The notes under the pieces: model-generated
Database searches by the model: none
What the model saw: the letters and a program-made list of their open reading frames with translations, nothing else
Told to the model about the DNA's origin: nothing
Origin: Lytechinus pictus
Lineage: Eukaryota
Assembly (NCBI RefSeq): GCF_037042905.1
Contig: NC_087251.1
Coordinates: 43,216,001 to 43,280,000 of the forward strand
DNA length: 64,000 nucleotides
Direction of reading: 5' to 3'
Shown: piece after piece, positions 54,021 to 64,000 of the stretch
Numbering within the stretch: position 1 is the stretch's first letter
How the letters are laid out: every line of letters begins with the position of its first letter
Program-made: the position numbers and the translations under genes

Positions 54021-55293
54021 TTAATAATACAACTTGCTTGCTGTGGTTCCCATTGGTGCACTATCCAGCGGGCACTATCGGTCAGTGATCCCCAACTTTA
54101 TATCCCCATTAAAAAGAACAATATAACTCAGACACCATAACAACAAACAAAGAACATGGAGTATTGTGCTCCCTAAGAACCAGTATGTGAATATTCAGAG
54201 AAATAAAAGTCTGTATTTGCCCCCATCGTCCCATACAGTGATTATGTCACAATGAGAGAATAGGGGTAAAATGAAAGCTTTTTTGTATGGACTTTTAGCA
54301 CCCTTGTATCAAGACTCTTAAACGGTGAGGGATGTAATAGTTTTTATAGTTAACGGGGAAGAAAAAGACAAGAGAAAGGGACACTCTTGGGGGTGAGAGT
54401 CTATTGAAGAGGGAGAAGAAAACATTCACTGTACTCTAACTCCAGAGTACTTGAGGCACAGAAGAAGAAAAATCGCAGGAGCAGATTTCTCTGAATAACT
54501 TGAGATTTCAAAGCTAAATGACAAGACTTACTGATAGAAACAAAACTATTAAAGTCCTGCCCTCTGAGTTTGAAATCCAAATAAAATATATGAATTCCAT
54601 GACAACTGACCAACACAACAGTACACTCTCATTTTAATGCAGTATTTTCACCCAAAGCTCTTCCATCTCTCTTTTTGTTTTTCAAGGACCAAAAAGATTA
54701 CTTGAGAAATATAAAATCTTGATATTAATGCAATTAATCTTGTCCTAACATCATTTAAAAAAAGGTATATTGTTATAGTGAACCTCCATATTCAAATGCT
54801 CTTTTGATGATGGCTTGGCCGACAATTTGCTGTAAGAATTTTCTCCAGGATGAAATTTGCTAAGGTTGTTCCACAGCTTGGGAACAGTTGTCATGAATTT
54901 TATTCACCAAGTATGGAAAGCATCTTTGTAAATGAACTGTTAAAGTGTAATACCTTGCAATTTGAAGTGAACATGCCAGTACATGGATATGCGCTACAAT
55001 CTTGCTTATCAGTATCAGTACGCGAATACCCATTTCATTTTTTTCACATTCAATTTTTGGGGAAAATGTGACACAGTTACAAGATCAAAGAGTGAAGTTT
55101 AGGCCTCTAGAATTTGGCAGTCCAGTACACTTGTTGCCCAAGCGAGGGGGCCAGACAATGTGCTTGAGGGTGTATCATTATCATCTTTTTTTATCATCAT
55201 AACAATAATCCTTGCCCCCAGCTCATCTTAACCACATCAACACATGAATCATAACCAATACTGCTGTAATTTTGCCACCATTCGTTCTACTCT

Positions 55294-55510
55294 AGGTGTA
55301 TTCAGACCGCCTCGAAGTAGGAGAACAATTATTGTTGGGCACAGTTGCTGAGCTAGCAATTTGAAATCACAAACCTTGCCTGCTAATTAGACCATACAGC
55401 GCAAATTTGAGAAAGTTTGCTTCGGGTTGGTAAGAATGTAGAAAATAATAAAGCATTTTGAGGACTAAATTTATGGGTATTTTAGTGATCAAGGCGGTCT
55501 GAATATGCCT
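55294..55510. mobile_element. MITE (about 217 bp)
   Basis: The TIRs are aggtgtattcagaccgcct and aggcggtctgaatatgcct (17/19 match). Confidence 0.75.
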
Positions 55511-58352
55511 TCTTCCTCCAATCTCGTCTCTGTAAGTTTGTTATCATTACACCAATCACTTCGCCCATCAGCAATTTAACAAATTTGCAAACCACGAAGG
55601 TGATCAGCATAGAATATCTGCTAGAATTTCAAGCCTTGGGCAATTATAAGTATTCTTGAAATTGATTTTCTTATTTAGATGACTAAATAGAATGCAAAGT
55701 TATGTTTTGATAGTTATTGCATAAAAACAACTGGTTTTGGCAGCCCAGGGCGAATTGGACATGAGGAAGCGGTGCATCTGGAAAGATGAGTAAAATGCTA
55801 TCTGAAATGAATGAGATGACAAAAATATAGCTGAAATATCATTTAATGAATTATGGTCAAAATTTCTCACTTACCACAAATTAAATCGGAAAAATTTCCA
55901 TGCATATTGATACATCAATTATTACACATGCAAAGAGAGAGAGATAGAAAAAAAGGCTATTATTCTTCATAAGTGAGTGACACTAAAAAAATAAATGATG
56001 AAGATCCTTTCATTTCACTGAATATGTACCATGAGTCATTTGATAAATGGATTGATTTTTTCTCTTTCTTCCTTTACTGGTCCAGCAATGTCAATTTAAA
56101 AAAAAAATGATCCTTTGAAATCATATCTATGTCACAATTTCTGATTGGCAAAGGGATAAACAAATTAATATACCATTTATGGAGCTGGGATATACTGTCA
56201 TGTCTATTTCTAATGTAGCTTGCCTGGGGAATTCCCTGTTTAGAAGCAGCAACCCACCTACAAACCCAGTCCTTCCGATCTCAGAATCTCCATCGAAATC
56301 ACTGAAAGCCAAAATAGAAAATTGGCATTCTGACCGGCCAGTGCATTCCCCCAAAGACTAATGACTCATTTTACAAGATGCAACTCAATCCCATGTATTA
56401 GTTTTTTTTTAGTAGAGGGCAAGAGAAACGAAGAAAGAAGAGCCATTTATTTTCTAGTCTCAAGACCATACAGAAAAAAGGGCATCCTCCATTTCTCGTG
56501 GATCATGACAGAGCAAGTTAATCGAACATAAACATTTACGTTGGTACCTGCGCGTGCTTCTCCCCTGTGAAACTCTGTCACACCTGACTCCCCCGTAAAC
56601 AATTACAATCTTCTCCCGTTGTTCGGGGAATATGGGGGGTTTCTATTCTTCTGATGAAGATGGAGGGGAAGGAAAGAAAGAAAAGAAGAACAATCCACAA
56701 TGGATTTGAGAGCCATGTCTGAGCAATCAAGAAGCCCAGACTGAGAGGTATACTCTTGATTTCTTGAAAAGTGCTAGTATTTGATGAGTTTTGGGGGGTA
56801 AGACGGTGGTGGATGTCATTCAACCCGGCCTGGTTTCCTGACTTGATGGCTCAAGGGATGAAATCTTGCCTGTCTGCAAGATAAGATGACGGACTGACTG
56901 ACTGACTATAGGAGCTAGGAGTTGGTCGAGGGTGTTGCACTGGTGGCCACCACGGTAGAAAGACCATACATTCACAGACAATGCTTTATGAAGAAATTTC
57001 TTTACTCATAACATTACCCACCATAAATTTAAGAGAAACTTCAGCAACAGATTGACCCAATAAAACATATAAATGCCAAAAAAATTTGAAAATATCAAAT
57101 GTCACTTTAATCAGTCTCTCTGGATAGAATTTTTACAAAAAATTTCCTTGTGCTATTCAAAAATTTCAACCCAATTCAGTAGCTGCCTCCTCTACTCCTT
57201 TTCAAACTCACATCAATGAAATGTGTAGGCCTAAAACAAAGACATTATTCAAAATTGTCATAGAGGCTACTTTTATCTTGTTTGATCTACAATCATACAA
57301 ACACTGTGATAATATTGTGTTTCGTGATTTTGGTATATTTCAATGCATGGATTCTTTTTTTTTTTATATTCCTACACTTTACATGAGCTATCACTGACAG
57401 CTCAACTCAACAAATATCTGGGCCATGCATTGACCTTCTAACTATACTATATATCATAACAAATGAGATGTTCCTTTTCTTTCCGATATGAGAATCTTAG
57501 CTGAAGTGTTTGCATATGGGTCATCTTCCACTAAGAAATTGAAATCTGAGAAGCAAACTTTGCTCAACAAGCCTAGTCTATCTTTAGACCCAATTCTGCA
57601 CCTGGCATGTAGTTCTGTTTGTTTAGCCCTCTTTTAATTACAGTGACTCACGTTAATCCAACTCATTAGTTGGTTTACACTATAAATGGAAGCGTGTTTT
57701 GGTTTGAATGGAGTGACGGGCACGATGACCCCATCACGAATAGGGAGATGTCGATATCTTGGACCAAAAGAGACACTGGCTGTATGGTGTACACTGAATG
57801 TAATAAAGATAACTTGTTGGTATGCTCAAAGATTGTCATGGACAATTTAATGAAATTAATTTTGTTTTTATTCGTGCCAATGGCCGGCTGCATGGAAATT
57901 GATAAATTCTTATTTCTATGGACAATTAAAATTTATCACTGCAAACTCTTCAGCATTCAGTGACCTATCATGCCTGTATACGTTTATTTTACTTTAAAAA
58001 AAAATCTCTTGCCTCTCATACAAAGAATCAATAATGTAGCATTTGAGGGTGTACTTTTGTTTTTCAAATTAGTATATCTATCATCTACGCTTTTGAGTAT
58101 TATGCAGTTTATTTTAACTATGGATGTAGGCCTACGCATTAATACTTGCATCTTGTTAACTTTGTTTCAACTGGAGTCGGAACAGAAAGCCTCAGAATGG
58201 AATATTTTCTGTTCCTGGTGTTCAAGTGGTTGACTTGTCTATATGCTTTTCACTGTCAATTCTTTAGTACTGTGTCACATCTTCTTGCCATATAATATCA
58301 ATAAAATTTAACAGCTCAAAGGTGGTGATGTTCTCCATATCTTGGAACTTAC

Positions 58353-58811
58353 CTGATGAGCTGATGAGAGCATGGAGCTCAGCTTTGGATGCGTCCACCA
58401 AGAAGCTCCAAGGCTCTCTTCCAGGTACTGCTGGGCCTGTAGAGCAGGGGGTAATGCTTGCTTACGAGCCGCTGCTACAGCCGCAGCTGCTGCCGTTGTA
58501 TGCTGTCCTTTAACCTGCTGCCTCGCTGTCCGGTGGTGCTGGGTGCCGTGGGCGGTGGCTGCACCATGGGCGTGGTGGGCATAGAGGTAGCGCTGAAGTG
58601 AAGCCAGGTCCCGAGACCCCACTAGACCGGACAGACGGCCGATGTTTGCAGCGTCATTCTGTGCTTGGGCTTCCTCCAGCGATTGGACCATTGCTACGGC
58701 TTCTCCCTTGAGTTGGTTGACGTGTGTGGCACAGACCTCACACTTGTCTTTACTCCAAGCCTCTAGTAAACTTCTAGGTATGTGCAGCCTTTCATACAAT
58801 GCGGAAGAGTC
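58353..58811 (-). CDS. KIF26: Internal coding exon of a kinesin-like KIF26A/B orthologue (N-terminal pre-motor region)
   Basis: The minus strand has a polypyrimidine tract and acceptor (tttttatcag|GAC at 58811) and a donor (CAG|gtaag at 58353). The exon is 459 bp (153 codons), phase 0 at both ends. It translates DSSALYERLHIPRSLLEAWSKDKCEVCATHVNQLKGEAVAMVQSLEEA...LVGSR...LQAQQYLE...SSAHQ. This matches my recollection of vertebrate KIF26B ([63 protein letters not shown]..YPYQ). Confidence 0.93.
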
Positions 58812-59983
58812 CTGATAAAAAAAAACATCGAGAAATAAAAATACTCATTAGTATTCAACAACAGCAATACATGTTACAACATCTTCTCTACAACTGAAAG
58901 AAAGATCAAGAAGTAGGCGAGTCTGAAGGCATGTACAGGTCGACAACGGGATACCAGAACCCGAATGATAACAGCACTACTTGTCTACCTTCATCATCAA
59001 CACCAAGGCCTAACAGTCAACCACTTGTTGAATCGTCCCATATGTTCTATAGCATGCAAAGCTTCTTAGCAGAGTCCCAGAAACTCCTGTCTCATCACTT
59101 TTCTCAAGACAAGGTATCACAATATTGGCTAACAAGGAGATAGACAAAAGTATTACCTCCTTGGGCTAACTGGCACCTTGACTAGAGGACAACAATGTCT
59201 TTGCTGATACTTTTATCTTAAGGGACTACAGCTAGATTCATGCCAGGCACCAAGCAGTGATATGGTGGAAGTGCAGCACCAGTAAACATAAACATCGTGG
59301 GGGGTCTTCTTTCTTATACTTGTTCAATTTCGATCAAATGCAAAGAGTTAAGAAATGTATAAGAACTAAAAAAGGATAAAGCTCCAGAGTAAAATGGTAA
59401 CATTTATTGTCCAATAATCTTTTTTTTTAATGGCAGTTTATATTGACAATTTAATATTAAATCACAAGAATAACAATTCGTGACATTTCAAGGGTTACAG
59501 TGAAATACGTGATACATTTCGATAATAAATAACTTTTTTTTGTGATGAAAATTTGCCCCTGTATGAACAGAAAATGTGGATGAAGGTCACATTAAAATCA
59601 AGTAGTGTACTTTGGTCTTCCAATTAGATCCATATGTTGATATGTACTCTCTCATTCATGTACACAGCATACTCTCTTATATCATGGAGGTGCTTATATC
59701 AACAACAACCCACTTACTCTACAGAGTATGTTGACAAGCTTTGCAGAGGTCACTGACAAGGTATAGGATTTAAAGGAACCATCCAAAGGCTTCTTTCTCA
59801 TTTCATTTCATTGCACTATCATGTTTTGCTGAAAATTGCTAATCAAACCAACAAATGACGACAAAAGATACTCATAGGAATGAATATTCATACTCTTCAC
59901 ATATTCCTTTCAATTGAAAGTGCTATTCTCTCAAAAGTGTTGTTCTCCTGCTGGAAAGAACAAGTGTTTCAAAGGTTTATTTC

Positions 59984-60356
59984 CAATTCGTCTAATGGAT
60001 GCCAATTCGTCCAATTGCCAACTCGTCTGCTATCATTTGGTCTACCATCAGTTTGTCCACTCACCACATGGTCTACTTTCATTTAGTCTAATGCCATTGG
60101 TCCAATAGCCATTTAGTCCATACACCATTTGGTCTAATTGGACTAAGTGTTAAATTGTGCAAAATTAATGAAATGAAATGAAATGGATATTAGACCAACT
60201 GGTTATGAGACGAAATGGTCATAGACGAAATAATGATTAGACGAAGTGATAATTGGACCAAATGGTTGTTAGACAAAATGTTGATGGATGGAATGGCAAT
60301 AGACTAAATGAAAGTAGACCATGTGGTGAGTGGACGAGTTGGCAGTAGACGAATTG
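59984..60356. mobile_element. Foldback-type element whose inverted arms are built from about 15-bp subrepeats
   Basis: The ends are caattcgtcta and tagacgaattg. A 44-bp inverted match with 1 mismatch links 60055-60098 and 60292-60335. The left arm is a run of units like ccatttggtctaatg and the right arm is the complementary run. Confidence 0.85.
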
Positions 60357-60527
60357 TCTATTGTGTCAAACAGTATGTTCACTTAACAGCCCTGATAGCA
60401 GACACGGTCGTAATGACGTCATTAACTGATCGTAAAGTGGTAATACTCGTCATGTCGTCGTATTTATGACGTTCTTACGACGTCATTTTGACGACTTAGA
60501 ATGGCAACTTTCATTTGCATTTTTATT

Positions 60528-60870
60528 TGACCAGATTATGACGTGATTTCGACGTCATTTACTGACCAATTTACGACAAGTAAATTTGCTCGCTTATATG
60601 ACCAGATTATGACGTGATTACGACGCCATTTACTGACCAATTTACGACAAGTAAATTTGCTTTCTAATATGACCAGATTATTACGTGATTACGACGTCAT
60701 TTATCGACCAATCTGCAACAAATGAATTTGCATTTTTATATGACCACATTATGACGTGATTATGACATCATTTATTTACCAAACAACGACAAAGAAATTT
60801 GCGTTTTCATATGACCACATTACGACGTGATTATGACATCAAATTTTACCAATCAACGACGAGGAAATTT
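60528..60870. repeat. 71-bp tandem array (about 5 copies) rich in GACGT motifs
   Basis: The unit start tgacca(g/c)atta recurs at 60528, 60599, 60670, 60741 and 60812. Confidence 0.92.
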
Positions 60871-61640
60871 ACAAGTTTAATTTCAAAGCCACATACTATT
60901 TTGCCATTTTTTCAACCTTGCCATGTTAGCAAGGCTATTTCTACTTATAAAAGGAAAAGTAAAACTAAAAAAAAATAGTACAGATTTTTTTTTATTTTAG
61001 GTAAAGTATATAATTCTTCAAAGAAAAAAGTTTCAAAAGCAGTGGCAAAAATAATCATTTCTTAACTGGTTGCCAACCAAACCAAACAAGAGGAAGCTTT
61101 ATATGTCAAAGAAGTTTGTATCTATTTTAAAACTTTTTTTTTCGCAAGTGGTGTCATGCCCCGGTGTCATGCAAACCCCCTATCTAGTTAGCTCACCCCC
61201 CCCCCCCCATGCACGCCCCCCGGGCTCACCCCCTATAAAAAATTCATGATCCGAGCCTGCGCATGCGCGCTGCACTGCATGCAACTGGCGCAGTCGCAAC
61301 CATTTAATTTGAAAAAGGAATGCTCCCGTTTTTCGCCGTTAAATGTTGCAGCCTAATTTTGGATCGAGAATTAAGTGCGACGAAGATGGCCGTTTTAATA
61401 GTTCTACTACTTTAAGAACACGATTCAGATTTGGATAACGACTTCGAAGGCATTCGCAGGAGACCAAACAGTAAGTTAGATAACCATCTTCTAAGATTTT
61501 CTTTTCGGAGCGCGGCTTGCCTTTGGCTTTAGATTTCGTGCACTGACACTGCCCGGCCGGGGTGGCTGCCCCGAGCGCCGGCATGCTGAATGCGCTGGTG
61601 GGCTCAGGGCCCAAGTCTGCACAGACACAGTGCACACTTA

Positions 61641-62021
61641 CTAAATGCCAGTTGTGGTAACGATATCAAAATGAGTTCGTACAGAATCCAATGAAATGAC
61701 CACCAAAGTGTCTGTCTATATTTATAAATAATATACCGTATGTGCCAAAGGATTCTGGAAGAAATTGTGTAATTGCTGCGAAATAAGCAAAAAAAGCACA
61801 GGATTCGGGTCAACTCGAGCCAAGGCAAGCGTCGGGCCGACATTAATCAGAGCAATAATAACTGTCCCACGTGCTCTTATCTGTGTTGGTGATCTTCAGT
61901 TTGAACATTTTTCAGTGTAGATTTCAAGATTTCACAAAGTTCAGTTTATGTAACTGTACCAGATCTACATGTACTATTAGTATGTACCGTAGATCCTCGA
62001 TGATATACCGTACTGACAATT
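61641..62021. mobile_element. Second, inverted and truncated copy of the 31371-31765 element
   Basis: Long reverse-complement matches are present, for example ggtaacgatatcaaaatgagttcgtacagaatccaatgaaatgaccaccaaagtgtctgt. The ORF track shows the same spurious peptide (QTLWWSFHWILYELILISLP) at both sites. Confidence 0.9.
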
Positions 62022-62027
62022 TTTTAA

Positions 62028-62808
62028 ATCCTAAATCTACCGGGGTATTTTGATTCTTGTTATTCCTGGGGGGGGGGGGTATTATTGCCCCCCCCCCCCT
62101 TATAAGATCTCGGCCGTGGATTGCACGATCACAACGAAAATTTGCATGATGGTAGAGAATGACGTAATCTATGTAGTTGCATTGGTAAATTTCACTGAAT
62201 TCATATTTTTTATTTTATATATGAATTAATTATGCTAATTTATTCATGAGATCATACTTTTTGCTCTGATTCACTAAATAAAGCTCCTAGAATGCTATTT
62301 TTTGGGTGAAAATATTCTTTATAGCATTCCTAACAATTGTGAATGAAAAAAAATATGGTACCAAGACCGATTTCTTATGTATTTTTTTAATTTTAAATCA
62401 TGTATTTCTTTGTTTTTTTACATTTTGTTTTTTATTGTATTTTCAATGGAAATCGTTCTAGACTTAATTCTAATCATAAACAAGGCAAAATTAATTAAGT
62501 TTAATCAGTAAAAGTAGAAATAATGATAAATTTATGAATTTTGGCTAAATACACAATTTGCATTGGATTTGTACATGAAATCATGTTTATGAGCAATTTT
62601 GGGTCTGACATGCACTTACATAATGTTGCGTAATGTCGTAACCGCGTACCCGGGCGTCACAAATTTGGTCTCAAAATTTGCGCGAGACTTGAAAGTAAAA
62701 AGTCAGTGAGCGGCGCGATCAAAATTTTTTGCGCGACAGCGTAGTGATGAAATTTGTTGAGGGGGGGGGGTCAAATTGACCCCCCCCCCCCCCCCAGTTT
62801 AATAAGGG
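62028..62808. mobile_element. Non-autonomous piggyBac-like element
   Basis: The right end is ...taataaggg|TTAA (62809-62812) and the degenerate left end is TTAA|atcctaaatctaccgggg. Both subterminal regions carry polyG-spacer-polyC hairpins. Confidence 0.65.
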
Positions 62809-62902
62809 TTAAGGCCGTCACATGAAATGCCCTATATTCATTATTTTTCTACCAAAAGCACCATTTTGAGTAAGATTTTTAATGAATAGATCTGTTTGAC
62901 AT

Positions 62903-63097
62903 TTCAGGAGAAAGAGAGGGAGACACAAAACCACCTGTCTCGGTGTCACACATGAGGAGTTGAGGAGGAGATGAAGTCAGTGAATATGACCTGGCCTGGG
63001 GGAGTTTCCAGAAGAAGGCCCAGAATCGCTGGATGCCAGGAGTGGAGATCCTTCATTGCTGCCCTACATGATAGGAGGCATCGGGCAGTAGGTAAGT
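62903..63097 (+). mobile_element. Degenerate 3' end of an RTE-clade LINE
   Basis: The frameshifted translation gives ..RGRHKTT..VEEEMKSVNMTW..QKKAQNR..QEWRSFIAALHDRRH. This resembles the RTE ORF C-terminus (RGRPK.TW...AQDR..WRSFVAAL). A short gtaggtaagt tail follows. Confidence 0.75.
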
Positions 63098-64000
63098 TAG
63101 AAGGCTATTTCAGATGTAAAGCCTTTTTTTCGGGGGGGGGGGGATCATTGGGAATCTCTATTATCAGAATCACGCAGATTTGGGTGTGCACAAACTCGGG
63201 GCACCTTATAATCTGTTAATGGTCCTGACTGTACTTCGAGGACTCTGTGATATTTTTTCATTGTATTTTCATTCACGGAGCCTAGACAAGTCTCTGTTGC
63301 CTGTAGAACTTTGTACACTAAGATGGATTTCCCTAGAAAATCCACCCTTCCCACAATAATTTTGGGGCAAACATTTAATTTGTCCAATTTGTAAGCTTTT
63401 GTACTCTAAATGCATACAAAGGCTTTAAAAATGTTAATTGTTGGAAGGTAAAAATTTTGAAGGATCACTTTCTTACAATTCCCACGCTATATAACGCAAT
63501 GACATGAACTTTAACTCGAGTGACTTACGTATGCAAGAAATACAGAATTGGTGCACATGCATAGCTGATTGATTCATTGTGCTAGTACTGGTACTAGATC
63601 GGTTTGGACGTTCTAATTTCAATGACAAGTTTAGATGGTAAATTGGCGCTAATAAAATTTTGCATTGGTCGATCTCGCGATGCCAGAAAACTAATTCCAC
63701 CTCAAAATTTGTAATTGAATTTAAGCCAAATCAGGCATAGGGAATGGCTGTATTTCAGCCTCGAAGTTCGAATTCTCGGTCCTGACAGTCCTGGTTACCC
63801 CATAACCATTTAAAACACATAAAAAAGGCATGAATTAAAATTGTAATTATAAAAAAATAATATGTTTTATGTGTCAAATAAATTGATTCTAAAATTTCCT
63901 TCCTTATACAGAGATGGCTAAAGGTCTTGAGGGCATCATGCCCCCCCCCCCCGACTTGACTTAACATGTTAATATTTGAAGTATAAAATATGTAACAAAC

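Noticed and set aside
58322..58584. Plus-strand ORFs overlapping the KIF26 exon
   Set aside because: They are antisense shadows of a GC-rich coding exon.
60528..60870. Possible CRISPR-like array (also 7020-7431)
   Set aside because: The units are similar over their whole length with no unique spacers, no cas genes are present, and the context is eukaryotic.

Overview
This is AT-rich eukaryotic genomic DNA with many poly-G/poly-C runs. The repeat repertoire and the gene suggest an invertebrate deuterostome, probably a sea urchin (inference). The whole window appears to lie inside one minus-strand gene, a KIF26-type (kinesin-11 family) gene. Two coding exons with clean GT-AG boundaries and compatible phases are visible (58353-58811 and 30785-31035). 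They encode the N-terminal, pre-motor region and are separated by an intron of about 27.3 kb. The motor-domain exons and the first exons seem to lie outside the window. The rest is intronic and carries many mobile elements: a 5'-truncated L2/Crack-like LINE with an open RT C-terminal frame, an RTE LINE 3' remnant, several tRNA-derived SINEs, and more than a dozen non-autonomous DNA transposons. These include TTAA-flanked Kolobok-like and piggyBac-like elements, CWG-flanked Harbinger-like elements, a TA-flanked palindrome, a Foldback/TU-like element with 15-bp subrepeats, and an EnSpm-like end with a 71-bp tandem array. There are also local tandem duplications and purine/pyrimidine microsatellites. 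I found no evidence for a new multi-gene system. The most interesting points are the conserved, poorly characterised CxxC module of KIF26, a candidate intronic enhancer (perfect DR1 plus TCF and Sox sites), and several nested insertions. All family assignments come from recalled motifs, not database searches.
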